Origin: a candidate division FCPU426 bacterium
GTDB lineage: Bacteria > Oederibacteriota > Muellerivitia > Muellerivitales > Muellerivitaceae
Reading direction: 5' to 3'
Assembly: GCA_963738405.1 (NCBI GenBank)
Contig: CAVTWJ010000006.1
Coordinates: forward strand, 1 to 19,958
DNA length: 19,958 nt
Part shown: positions 1 to 7,852 of the stretch, one piece after another
Position numbering within the stretch: the stretch's first letter is position 1
How the letters are laid out: each line of letters opens with the position of its first letter
Position numbers and translations under genes: made by a program
Notes under the pieces: generated by a model
Database searches by the model: none
What the model saw: only the letters and a program-made list of their open reading frames with translations
What the model was told of the DNA's origin: nothing

Positions 1-41
1 GCCTTCACCCTGCGGCTTCCCTTGGATGAAAAGGCGGGCGC

Positions 42-1388
42 GTGAAAATTCTACTGGTGGACGATGAAAGACCCATCCTCGCCGTGATGGTGCCCTTTCT
101 GAAGGAGCTCCAGCATGAGGTCCAGACTGCCGCTTCGGTGGCCGAGGGGCTGATCAAGGCGGGCGATTTCAAGCCCGACCTGGTGCTTTTGGATGTCCAC
201 CTTCCGGACGGCACAGGACTGGATTTTCTCAAGCAATTGCCGGCCGTCCGCCCCGGCGCCTCGGTGGTGATGATCACCGCCAATGTGGATGTGAAGGTGG
301 CCGTGGAAGCCATCAAGCGGGGCGCGGAAGATTATCTGGCCAAGCCCCTGGACCTGGAAGAATTGGAAGTGCTTTTAAAGCAAATTGAAGAGCGGCAGGG
401 TTTGAAGAGGGACGTGGCGGCCTTGAAAGACCACCACAAGGATGTCTACCGCAAAGACTACCTTTTTCTTTCCGACCCCGCCATGCAGAAGGTTTACCAG
501 CAGATCGAGCAGGCGGCCCAGCAATCCACGGTGACGGTCTTAATTTTGGGCGACACGGGAACCGGCAAGGAACACGCCGCCAAACTGATCCATGTGCTCT
601 CCAAGCGCACCGCCGCCCCTTTCCTTGAACTTCATTGCGGGGCCATGCCGGAAAATCTTCTGGAGTCCGAACTCTTCGGCTATGAGCCGGGGGCCTTTAC
701 CGACGCGCGCAAATCCAAACCAGGCCTCTTTGAGGTGGCCAACCACGGCACGGTTTTTCTCGATGAAGTGGGGGAACTGCCCCTGACCGTGCAAACCAAG
801 CTGTTAAAGGTCTTGGAGCAAAAGGCGATCCGCCGTCTGGGAGGCCTGCAGGAAATCAAGGTGGATGTGCGGGTCGTGGCCGCCACCAACCGGGATTTGA
901 ACAGGGAAGTGAAAGAAGGCAGGTTTAGGGCCGACCTTTATTACCGCCTCAATGTGGCCAATATCGCCCTTCCGCCCCTGCATTCCCGGCCCAACGATAT
1001 CAGGGGATTGAGCCAGTTCTTTTTCTCTGAAATTTCGCAAGTGTTTGGAAAAAAGTTAAAGCCGTTGAATTCCACGGTGATGGACGCCCTGGTGGCCTAC
1101 CACTGGCCGGGGAATGTGAGGGAACTGAAAAACGTCATTGAAAGGGCCATCCTTTATTGCAAGGGGGACAGCCTGACCGTGAAGGATCTTCCGCCCGAGG
1201 TGCTGGCGCCGCCGCCCGCGGTTTCCGAGGGCCGTTCGGACCGGGCCATGAGCAGGGAAGACGCCGAAAAAGAAAATATCCGCAAGGCCCTTAAGGCTTT
1301 CGAGGGAAACAAAACCCAGACCGCCAAGCACCTGGGCATCAGCCGCACCACCCTGCTGGCCAAGATCAAGCAATACAACTTGGAGTAA
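42..1388 (+). CDS. Sigma54-dependent response regulator (NtrC/AtoC family: receiver, AAA+, Fis-type HTH)
   Basis: Receiver motifs ILLVDDE and DLVLLDVHLPD, Walker A GDTGTGKE, ESELFGYEPGAFTDA, FLDEVGE, FRADLYYRL, WPGNVRELKN, C-terminal HTH GNKTQTAKHLGISRTTL. GTG start. Confidence 0.95.
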   Translation: MKILLVDDERPILAVMVPFLKELQHEVQTAASVAEGLIKAGDFKPDLVLLDVHLPDGTGLDFLKQLPAVRPGASVVMITANVDVKVAVEAIKRGAEDYLAKPLDLEELEVLLKQIEERQGLKRDVAALKDHHKDVYRKDYLFLSDPAMQKVYQQIEQAAQQSTVTVLILGDTGTGKEHAAKLIHVLSKRTAAPFLELHCGAMPENLLESELFGYEPGAFTDARKSKPGLFEVANHGTVFLDEVGELPLTVQTKLLKVLEQKAIRRLGGLQEIKVDVRVVAATNRDLNREVKEGRFRADLYYRLNVANIALPPLHSRPNDIRGLSQFFFSEISQVFGKKLKPLNSTVMDALVAYHWPGNVRELKNVIERAILYCKGDSLTVKDLPPEVLAPPPAVSEGRSDRAMSREDAEKENIRKALKAFEGNKTQTAKHLGISRTTLLAKIKQYNLE

Positions 1389-1401
1389 AGGGTTTTTTGA
1401 G

Positions 1402-1431
1402 TTGTCCAATGCGGGTCCCCGCCGTGGACAA
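1402..1431. repeat. Cassette-boundary palindromic site 1
   Basis: ttgtccaatgc-gggtcccc-gccgtggacaa; 1 bp from the stop codon of the 1433-1888 gene. Confidence 0.95.
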
Positions 1432-1432
1432 C

Positions 1433-1888
1433 CTACCCGGCTTGTTCGTAGTTCAAATCAACTTTGGCGTCCAAACGGCTAGCGGTCGCAATATAAGGTT
1501 CGCCGTTCTGGATAAACCCCGTGAAATCAATTAACGCTTTAGGACTAGCACACCATTTATGACCCTTCCTAAGTTCGCGCAGTTTCTCATCGGGGATAAA
1601 CTTGAAATCGAGATGAAGTTGCCAGATATCATCATCTTCACCTCCGCCTGTTATTAGTTGCCGGGCGATATCCAATTCAAAATGTTCGCCCTTGCCCCAA
1701 TTGTAGGTGCCCCATTGAAAAAGAAGTTGGTCCTGGCCCTCGTCATTACATCCATCAGCGCGTATTGTCCCATAAAACGAAAGCATGGCATCGATGCCTG
1801 CTGAAGTGATAAGTCGTTCAAAATTAAGTCCCCGGTTTATTAGATAATCTTCAAATTCTTTTTTTGCATTTTCCGGCTTCATTTTCAC
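1433..1888 (-). CDS. Hypothetical protein, cassette 1
   Basis: 151-aa ORF filling the space between sites 1 and 2. Start is GTG 1888 or ATG 1882. Family not recognised. Confidence 0.8.
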   Translation of the reverse strand: MKMKPENAKKEFEDYLINRGLNFERLITSAGIDAMLSFYGTIRADGCNDEGQDQLLFQWGTYNWGKGEHFELDIARQLITGGGEDDDIWQLHLDFKFIPDEKLRELRKGHKWCASPKALIDFTGFIQNGEPYIATASRLDAKVDLNYEQAG

Positions 1889-1896
1889 CCTTTATC

Positions 1897-1926
1897 TTGT
1901 TCACGATGGGTCCCCATCGTGGACAA
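1897..1926. repeat. Cassette-boundary palindromic site 2
   Basis: ttgttcacgat-gggtcccc-atcgtggacaa. Confidence 0.95.
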
Positions 1927-1928
1927 CC

Positions 1929-2357
1929 TTATTTCGTGCCTTTGATCACTTTCGTGATTTTAACGGTATCGACACAAACGAATTGCATCACACCTTTTTT
2001 GAAAGGAGTGATGGGATAAACTGTAAATGTTCCATAGACCTCAACATTCAAATCGTCCTTTAAAATTATTGATAAGTTTTCAGGAATAGGGCAACCATCT
2101 CGGACACCCACTATACGGTGGGTGCCAATCATCCAAATTTTGAGGGAAGTTAGATTTCCGTTCAGATAACTTGCCCGGCCCTTAAAAGTAAAACTCTTCC
2201 CAACAATTCGCGGGTCGTCGTGGCAGGGGCCTTTGAAATCCATATAAGGGTCCACGGTGGGCGTCGCGGTCATTTGATCAGCAAGAAGGGTTTGTCTAAT
2301 CGACATTCCCGATAAGAAAATAAGTAACAATGAAAGTTTAAATAAATTCTTGGTCAT
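1929..2357 (-). CDS. Hypothetical exported protein, cassette 2
   Basis: 142 aa with a signal-peptide-like N-terminus (MTKNLFKLSLLLIFLSG); fills the interval between sites 2 and 3. Confidence 0.8.
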   Translation of the reverse strand: MTKNLFKLSLLLIFLSGMSIRQTLLADQMTATPTVDPYMDFKGPCHDDPRIVGKSFTFKGRASYLNGNLTSLKIWMIGTHRIVGVRDGCPIPENLSIILKDDLNVEVYGTFTVYPITPFKKGVMQFVCVDTVKITKVIKGTK

Positions 2358-2378
2358 CAGATTCGCCTCACTTTTACC

Positions 2379-2408
2379 CTGTCCACGAAGGGTCCCCGTC
2401 GTGGACAG
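2379..2408. repeat. Cassette-boundary palindromic site 3
   Basis: ctgtccacgaa-gggtcccc-gtcgtggacag. Confidence 0.95.
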
Positions 2409-2435
2409 AACTAAACCAAGTTGTTCTCTTTGGAC

Positions 2436-3212
2436 CTATTCTCCCACAAGAAATTTCCGTCTTTTTTTGATATCCATTTTAAGCAAATAATCCAAAGCAC
2501 CCTTATTCGGCATTAGTTCTTTACCCGCTGCCAGGGCGATCGAATCATCGAATGTTAAAAGGTATTCTGCAAACAACAATCTTTCCGCTTTAGGTCTTTG
2601 ACGACAACTTGAAATAATTGCTTGAATGGCTGGCTTGTAATTAAGGTGAACCAATCCTTTTGCAGAAATAGATGCGACCTCCCCATTGGGGGACTTCAGC
2701 CCCTTCAAAAAAAGCGGAACATTGTCCAAATCCTTCATCATGGCGAAATATGTCAAATTTATCGGGCCTTCCTGGTAACCGACAATTAATTCTGCCTTCC
2801 AATCCAGCCCGCGATCCGAACACCACGTCAGGAATTCTTTAGATTGAGTATTGGGAATAAATTTACCGTTTTTATCGTAAACAGTAGGGTCGGGCATATC
2901 GCTGTCGATCAAAGGCTCAACCAAGGAAAGCAAATACTGTTTGTATTGGGGATCTTTATCTTTCAACAAAATCAATTCATAGGCGATCGCGCTTTTCTCC
3001 ATTTTGTGAAGTGTCTTTGTATTCTCATCAAGACCTGGTTGTTTCAATGAATCCGAGGCCTTTCGATATGCCTCTTCAAACTCCGGAATGGATTTAGTGC
3101 TTTTCTGCTGTTTCTCTTGCACCGGTGTAGGAGTAGGGTTATCACACCAACCCCAGATGGCAAAAGCATGAACTCCAAACAAGACGATAAATATCTTCAA
3201 ACAGATTTTCAT
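2436..3212 (-). CDS. Hypothetical exported, helical (possibly HEAT-repeat) protein, cassette 3
   Basis: Likely start is ATG 3212 (MKICLKIFIVLFGVHAFA, signal-like); the ORF-track extension to 3275 runs through site 4. HEAT-like segment VPLFLKGLKSPNGEVASISAKGLVHL. Confidence 0.75.
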   Translation of the reverse strand: MKICLKIFIVLFGVHAFAIWGWCDNPTPTPVQEKQQKSTKSIPEFEEAYRKASDSLKQPGLDENTKTLHKMEKSAIAYELILLKDKDPQYKQYLLSLVEPLIDSDMPDPTVYDKNGKFIPNTQSKEFLTWCSDRGLDWKAELIVGYQEGPINLTYFAMMKDLDNVPLFLKGLKSPNGEVASISAKGLVHLNYKPAIQAIISSCRQRPKAERLLFAEYLLTFDDSIALAAGKELMPNKGALDYLLKMDIKKRRKFLVGE

Positions 3213-3234
3213 CCACTTACCTTTCCACAATCGC

Positions 3235-3264
3235 CTGTCCACTACGGGTCCCCGTCGTGGACAA
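3235..3264. repeat. Cassette-boundary palindromic site 4
   Basis: ctgtccactac-gggtcccc-gtcgtggacaa. Confidence 0.95.
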
Positions 3265-3313
3265 ACCAAAATCATTGTTTTGTACTTTGCGGTTTTAATT
3301 TCTACTTTCCTGG

Positions 3314-3730
3314 TTATTTCTTAAGAAGGGATTCTAAATTAGGTGCCTCGCCCTCATATAACCCATCGATAGGATTGTAGTCACCGGACCTTTTTCTGTG
3401 TTTCTCTATAGCGTTTTTCCCATTTTCATCCAATTCTTTCCACAAACTTCTAATGCTGCAAACATGCCAATGCCGAAGAGTCTCTCCTTTATCAAAATCA
3501 TGCAGCTTCTTCCAATCAATTTCAGACAGATCCCATTTCCCTGAATAAGGGAACCCTAGATAGGGTTCATAAGGCGAGGTGCACCATAATTCATTGCAAA
3601 CAGAACATTTAGTAAGATAGATGTAATTGCCAACAATAACTTTTGTTAACTTGGGTAGCTTAGCTACAGGCATCGGTGGCCAAAGTCGTCGGCTGGGTGA
3701 CTGACATTCAGAACATTTTTCAGTATTCAA
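3314..3730 (-). CDS. Hypothetical protein with two CxxC motifs, cassette 4
   Basis: 138 aa, CSEC and CSVC motifs, TTG start preceded by a GGAG ribosome-binding site. Confidence 0.75.
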   Translation of the reverse strand: MNTEKCSECQSPSRRLWPPMPVAKLPKLTKVIVGNYIYLTKCSVCNELWCTSPYEPYLGFPYSGKWDLSEIDWKKLHDFDKGETLRHWHVCSIRSLWKELDENGKNAIEKHRKRSGDYNPIDGLYEGEAPNLESLLKK

Positions 3731-3755
3731 AAATCACTCCATAATTCTATTTTGC

Positions 3756-3785
3756 TTGTCCAATCCGGGCCCCCGTCGTGGACAA
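3756..3785. repeat. Cassette-boundary palindromic site 5
   Basis: ttgtccaatcc-gggccccc-gtcgtggacaa (one substitution in the core). Confidence 0.95.
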
Positions 3786-3787
3786 CC

Positions 3788-4222
3788 TTAATTGCTTGGG
3801 TGGATGGAACGAACATGTCGGACGTAGCTTTCTACTTCCAATTTTCCATGGGCGGCAATTCTGTCCATGTCCGCATCAGCGTGGACCAAGGTGAGATGAT
3901 GTTTGTGCGCTTTATAGGCAATCAGGGCATCAACCGTCTTCAGCTTGTGCCCTTTTTGGCGGTGCGCCCTCGTCCACTCAGCGGCTTCCGCCCATTCATG
4001 GGGTAATAAAGGAAAAGGGTGAAGGGCGGATAAATGAGCCGCCAAGAGGGCCGAATGGGCCTGGCTTTTTTCGGAGGAAACAAGCTCGAAGAAGATCGGA
4101 GAGGTGATGGCCGCCAGGTTATTTTCCACCAGTTCCTCCACCCTTGCGCGTATAACCTCCACGGGCCGGGGGCCCAGGGCGAAAATCCACGCGGAACTGT
4201 CGATCAAGTAAAGTTGATTCAA
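3788..4222 (-). CDS. vapC: PIN-domain toxin (VapC family)
   Basis: YLIDSSAWI, ELV, TVDALIA and LVHADADM are the PIN acidic motifs; overlaps the upstream antitoxin stop (ATGA). Confidence 0.9.
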   Translation of the reverse strand: MNQLYLIDSSAWIFALGPRPVEVIRARVEELVENNLAAITSPIFFELVSSEKSQAHSALLAAHLSALHPFPLLPHEWAEAAEWTRAHRQKGHKLKTVDALIAYKAHKHHLTLVHADADMDRIAAHGKLEVESYVRHVRSIHPSN

Positions 4223-4416
4223 CCCCTGGACTTTTTCAGCGATTTGAGCGGAAGATCAAGACGGAACTTGTCGAAATCCTTCACGAAACTTTTTCTTTGA
4301 ATATCGGCCAATAAGTTTCGCAAGCCGGTTTCCAGGACTTCCCGTTGGGAAACAATGCCCGTTTTCCGCTTTGCGCGTTTTAAGAGTTCTTCATCAATAT
4401 GGGTTGTGATTTTCAT
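4219..4416 (-). CDS. vapB: VapB-family antitoxin
   Basis: MKITTHIDEELLKRAKRKTGIVSQREVLETGLRNL; ATG 4416 with a GGAGGA RBS; translationally coupled to vapC. Confidence 0.85.
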   Translation of the reverse strand: MKITTHIDEELLKRAKRKTGIVSQREVLETGLRNLLADIQRKSFVKDFDKFRLDLPLKSLKKSRG

Positions 4417-4512
4417 TTCATCCTCCAAAGGTATGGCACTACTTACCATACTTATATCAAAACCAGGTCCCCAAGCCAATTGGGCGAAATATCGGAACTA
4501 ACCCTATTTGCC

Positions 4513-4542
4513 TTGTCCAATCCGGGTCCCCGTCGTGGACAA
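4513..4542. repeat. Cassette-boundary palindromic site 6
   Basis: ttgtccaatcc-gggtcccc-gtcgtggacaa; identical to site 7. Confidence 0.95.
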
Positions 4543-4599
4543 GCAAAAAACGTCATGTGGATGGTTAACTGGAAACCGCCGGCATTATTTCTAACGTGA

Positions 4600-5001
4600 T
4601 TAATCCAAGAAGTCATGGATGCTTAGTGCCGATTTCCCAGATGCTTTTCTCAAAGCTTTGTCTTCAGTTACCAACGGGACGTCCAGCATTTGGGCCAAGG
4701 CTAGGTAGTGGGCGTCGTAATAGCTTATTTTCTTTTCGGTCGAAAGTTGAAGCGCCAAGTCCGGATCGGACGGGATTTCACCCGGACTAAAAACCCCTTT
4801 AGCCGTTTGAAATAAATGAGCGGCCATCTTTGACGTGATATGTTTCTGGTGGATCATCAAGACCAAGGCATTGCCAAACTCATATTCCCAAAGCGGAGAT
4901 GTCCGCCAGTCCGGATCTTTTTCCTGCAAGCGTAATGCCGCCGCCGTCATCTCCCCTTCCACGATCCGGTAAACCAGAATATTGGCGTCCACCACGATCA
5001 T
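4600..5001 (-). CDS. vapC: PIN-domain toxin (VapC family)
   Basis: MIVVDANIL, YEFGNAL, SYYDAHYLALA, PLVTEDKAL; ATG 5001 overlaps the antitoxin TGA. Confidence 0.9.
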   Translation of the reverse strand: MIVVDANILVYRIVEGEMTAAALRLQEKDPDWRTSPLWEYEFGNALVLMIHQKHITSKMAAHLFQTAKGVFSPGEIPSDPDLALQLSTEKKISYYDAHYLALAQMLDVPLVTEDKALRKASGKSALSIHDFLD

Positions 5002-5216
5002 TGACGGCCCCAACGCTTTGCTTTATCGAGCCATTCATTGGTCGGCCGGAATTTCAATTTTACCGGAGTAGGGAGCCGGCCAATACCCGGCCTTTCCAAT
5101 GCCTGCTCCAGAATGGAGACCACTTGTTTGTTCATGGAGCGGTGATTGAGTTCGGCTTGCTCCTTCAATTTTTTTCGGATTTTTTCCGGAATGTTTTTAA
5201 TCAACAGGCTGGACAC
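4998..5216 (-). CDS. FitA/Arc-like ribbon-helix-helix antitoxin
   Basis: (M)SSLLIKNIPEKIRKKLKEQAELNHRSMNKQVVSILEQAL; GTG 5216 with an AGGGAGGT RBS. Confidence 0.85.
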   Translation of the reverse strand: MSSLLIKNIPEKIRKKLKEQAELNHRSMNKQVVSILEQALERPGIGRLPTPVKLKFRPTNEWLDKAKRWGRQ

Positions 5217-5280
5217 AAGGACCTCCCTAACAAAGGATATCAAAAAGATACCGTTATGATACCGTTTTGTCAATTGAGCC

Positions 5281-5310
5281 TTGTCCAATCCGGGTCCCCG
5301 TCGTGGACAA
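5281..5310. repeat. Cassette-boundary palindromic site 7
   Basis: ttgtccaatcc-gggtcccc-gtcgtggacaa. Confidence 0.95.
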
Positions 5311-5317
5311 GAATTTT

Positions 5318-5749
5318 TCAATTTTTAGCCATGCCGTGCCAATTCTCCATCTTCAGTTGATCGAAATGACGGTAATTCCGGATGTTGTTGGTGACCAGGA
5401 TCAAATCATGGACTTTCGCGATGGAAGCAATCTGCCCATCCGCGAATGCCGGTGTAAGTCCCAGCCTGGATAAACGGGCACGCTCCCGGCCGTGCCAAGC
5501 AGCCGCTTCCGTGTCATAAGGAAAAATTAACATGGAGGAGTTTGCTAATTCCGAAAGGAATTCCTCTAAAAGGGTCCGTTTTTCGGAGGGTGGCAAGCGG
5601 TCGCAGCCGAAGACGAGTTCATGCCAAACAATACTTGCGATTCCCATTTCGTCTTTGTGCCGCTCAAGTTTTCTCATCACATTGGGATTTGGTTTTACAC
5701 GGGCTGCTTCCGAAACGACATTGGTGTCTAACAAGTACCGGGGCTTCAC
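5318..5749 (-). CDS. vapC: PIN-domain toxin (VapC/FitB family)
   Basis: YLLDTNVVSE, VWHELVFG, ADGQIASIA, LVTNNIRNY; GTG start at 5749 (GTGA overlap) or 5752. Confidence 0.92.
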   Translation of the reverse strand: MKPRYLLDTNVVSEAARVKPNPNVMRKLERHKDEMGIASIVWHELVFGCDRLPPSEKRTLLEEFLSELANSSMLIFPYDTEAAAWHGRERARLSRLGLTPAFADGQIASIAKVHDLILVTNNIRNYRHFDQLKMENWHGMAKN

Positions 5750-6027
5750 CACTTAAATTCTCTTCCGGGTCCGGTTTCGCGGATTCCCCGGAGATCTTTA
5801 GGTTCCAAACCGGCCTTACTGGCTTTGATACGGCCGTGGAAGGCCGAAACAACCTCCCAAAACCCGGGACGGGGTGCGGTCAAATGCCGGTAGGCATCCA
5901 CCGATACCAAGACGGCAACCGGTTTCCCTCGCCGGGTTATCTCCACCGGCTTCCCTTTTTCCGCATCGTGGATGAGCCCGGGAAAATGGATTCGGGCCTG
6001 TGCAATGGTAAAGCTAGTTGGTGTCAC
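5746..6027 (-). CDS. Phd/YefM-family antitoxin
   Basis: TIAQARIHFPGLIHDAEKGKPVEITRRGKPVAVLVS signature; GTG 6027 after AAGGAG. Confidence 0.92.
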   Translation of the reverse strand: MTPTSFTIAQARIHFPGLIHDAEKGKPVEITRRGKPVAVLVSVDAYRHLTAPRPGFWEVVSAFHGRIKASKAGLEPKDLRGIRETGPGREFKW

Positions 6028-6108
6028 GAGCAACTCCTTATGTACATGATGATGTACATTTTATGCCCAAAGTTTCTCCGTGGCAAGTACTGATTATTGC
6101 TTTCTTAG

Positions 6109-6138
6109 GTGTCCACGATGGGTCCCCGCCGTGGACAA
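6109..6138. repeat. Cassette-boundary palindromic site 8
   Basis: gtgtccacgat-gggtcccc-gccgtggacaa. Confidence 0.95.
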
Positions 6139-6147
6139 GGTTTTTAA

Positions 6148-6492
6148 CTATTCGAATAATATAATTTTAAGGTTTTCGATCAACTTCACCTTATCGATCG
6201 GGTTTAACTCCCCCAAATGCTTGACGAACCGGCGGTTATCAATGGCCCGGATCTGATCAACCAAAATATCGGAGTCTTTCTTGAGGCTGGTTCCCTTTTT
6301 GGAAAGGTGAACCCGGAGTATCTCCGCTTCGCGAATGACGTGGGTGGTAACGGGACAAACAATAGTGCTGGGGTGTTGACTATCGTTTAAAAGGTTGGTT
6401 TGGAGAACGACGACCGGCCTTTTCTTGCCCGGCTCCGTCCCGAACCGAGGGCTTAGATCGGCCAGGTAGATATTAAATTTCCTGATTTTCAT
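6148..6492 (-). CDS. mazF: MazF/PemK-family toxin
   Basis: IYLADLSPRFGTEPGKKRPVVVLQ and DQIRAIDNRRF. Confidence 0.93.
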   Translation of the reverse strand: MKIRKFNIYLADLSPRFGTEPGKKRPVVVLQTNLLNDSQHPSTIVCPVTTHVIREAEILRVHLSKKGTSLKKDSDILVDQIRAIDNRRFVKHLGELNPIDKVKLIENLKIILFE

Positions 6493-6728
6493 TCAAGGGT
6501 TGCTTCTTCAAGTTTTTCCATCTCACTCAGGATATCCATGGAATTATTTCGCGTTAGCAGGGATTCTTTTTTTAATATTTGACGAAGTCCTTTGCGCCGG
6601 TTGAAAGCGTTATAAAAATCCAACGCCTCATTGATGTAGGTGTTTCGGGGCATATGAAGACGCTTGGTTTGGACTTCCACGTCCTCGAAAATCTCGTCTT
6701 TAATTTTAAGGGAAAGCACTTTGGTCAT
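6489..6728 (-). CDS. Putative ribbon-helix-helix antitoxin of MazF
   Basis: 79 aa, VLSLKIKDEIFEDVE...PRNTYINEALDFY RHH-like pattern, ATGA overlap with mazF, AAGGAG RBS. Confidence 0.8.
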   Translation of the reverse strand: MTKVLSLKIKDEIFEDVEVQTKRLHMPRNTYINEALDFYNAFNRRKGLRQILKKESLLTRNNSMDILSEMEKLEEATLE

Positions 6729-6851
6729 TTCGGGCTCCTTTGGGGGTATATACGAATAGTATATCCCTTCAAAGACCTTCTTTCGAACCCCTTCGCTTCA
6801 TTCACTCAATCGGGCTGGATCAATTGTTGTTTTAGCGGTAAAATAATTTAC

Positions 6852-7247
6852 ATGAAATTAACAAGCCGAACCAAGCCGTTCCTGATCGTTTTGATCGCCG
6901 CCCTGCTCCTGGTGGGGAGCGCGGGAGCCGCCTATTACGTTAAAAAAGGCGGGCAGCCGAATGACATCACCCTGCGCGCGGCCCGTCTTCAAAAAACCGA
7001 ATTGGACTTGGAATTCCTAAAGTCCGATCTGTCACGGCTTCAGCAAAGTTTGGAGGCCCAGCCCCAGGGCCGGATCTTATCGGATGAAACCCAGATCTTG
7101 CGGGAACGGATCAGCGGTGAACAAGCCGGCATCGAAACCGAACTGATGCGAATCACGGAGGATGCGGGGTATTTGCGCAGGCACTGGGCCGCCCTGACCC
7201 CTTCGCAAAAGGATTTGGTGGATTCGGTTCAGAAAAACCTTACCTAG
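6852..7247 (+). CDS. Hypothetical membrane-anchored coiled-coil protein
   Basis: ATG 6852, N-terminal hydrophobic stretch FLIVLIAALLLVGSAGAAYYV followed by a heptad-rich helix; only plus-strand gene within the array. Confidence 0.7.
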   Translation: MKLTSRTKPFLIVLIAALLLVGSAGAAYYVKKGGQPNDITLRAARLQKTELDLEFLKSDLSRLQQSLEAQPQGRILSDETQILRERISGEQAGIETELMRITEDAGYLRRHWAALTPSQKDLVDSVQKNLT

Positions 7248-7327
7248 TTCCCCGTCGTTTCATTCCTAGAAAATCCCCCAGGTTGATCAAAGTCTCCCCA
7301 TTGCTGCGATTCGCGAACCCTCGAATT

Positions 7328-7738
7328 CTAAGATTCTTTCTTGAGCGCGGGGTAAGGATATTTCAGCAGCCAGTCGAGGGCTTCCTGAAAATTCGTGAAG
7401 ACCCCGACGGGCATTCCCCGATTGGTCGCCACCACTTCGCCGAATTTTACGGGGTCCATCAGGGGAGGGTTCGCCACCACGGAGAACCGGCACTTTAGAA
7501 TTTCCCCTTTCGCCAAGGCGGTATGATATTTTTCAGCCCCGGCGGTCCCCATCGTGAAGCGCTGCAGGGTGGTGAGATTTCCCTCGGCCTTGCGAAGATC
7601 CGCCAGGACCCTGGTGTATTGATGGGCGCGGGCCGCCTCAATGAGCAGTTCCGGAAATTGGGTGGGGAAGAGTTCTTCCACGGCACCTTCAAAGGTCATG
7701 TGGAGGTAATTGGGTTTGATCTCGGTGGTTAGGTTCAC
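7328..7738 (-). CDS. SpoIIAA/STAS-SEC14-like hypothetical protein
   Basis: YLHMTFEG, RVLADLR and C-terminal FTNFQEALDWL are typical of this family. Confidence 0.65.
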   Translation of the reverse strand: MNLTTEIKPNYLHMTFEGAVEELFPTQFPELLIEAARAHQYTRVLADLRKAEGNLTTLQRFTMGTAGAEKYHTALAKGEILKCRFSVVANPPLMDPVKFGEVVATNRGMPVGVFTNFQEALDWLLKYPYPALKKES

Positions 7739-7766
7739 GGTGGGGAATATTAACTATTTTCTACTC

Positions 7767-7796
7767 AAAAACAAGGCCCTGGCCAGGGGCCTTTTT
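7767..7796. terminator. Possible bidirectional intrinsic terminator
   Basis: aaaaac-aaggccc-tggccag-gggcctt-ttt: GC-rich stem flanked by A and T runs. Confidence 0.5.
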
Positions 7797-7852
7797 GGGG
7801 GGCAACTCCAGCCGCTGAATAGGCCGGACCCCAACGTTCATGGAAATATGAC

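Noticed and set aside
690..710. GAFTDA instead of GAFTGA in the enhancer-binding protein
   Set aside because: A common natural variant of the motif; not notable on its own.
3213..3275. ORF-track N-terminal extensions (to 3275, also 4479, 5321 and 6579)
   Set aside because: They run through repeat sites, operators or opposite-strand genes. Internal starts with a good RBS or family-typical N-termini fit better.
1402..6138. CRISPR array interpretation of the 30-bp repeats
   Set aside because: Intervals are about 450-830 bp and contain whole genes, the repeats vary in the arms, and no cas genes are present.
1402..6138. Intrinsic terminators or DnaA boxes as the explanation of the sites
   Set aside because: No consistent U-tract follows the stems, and primary sequence is conserved across unrelated genes. 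TTGTCCACG only resembles the DnaA box TT(A/G)TCCACA, and there is no origin context.
7544..7556. ggtccccatcgtg, a partial match to site 2
   Set aside because: Inside an intact coding sequence with no left arm; most likely chance. The armless core-like matches near 10280 and 12081 were rejected for the same reason.
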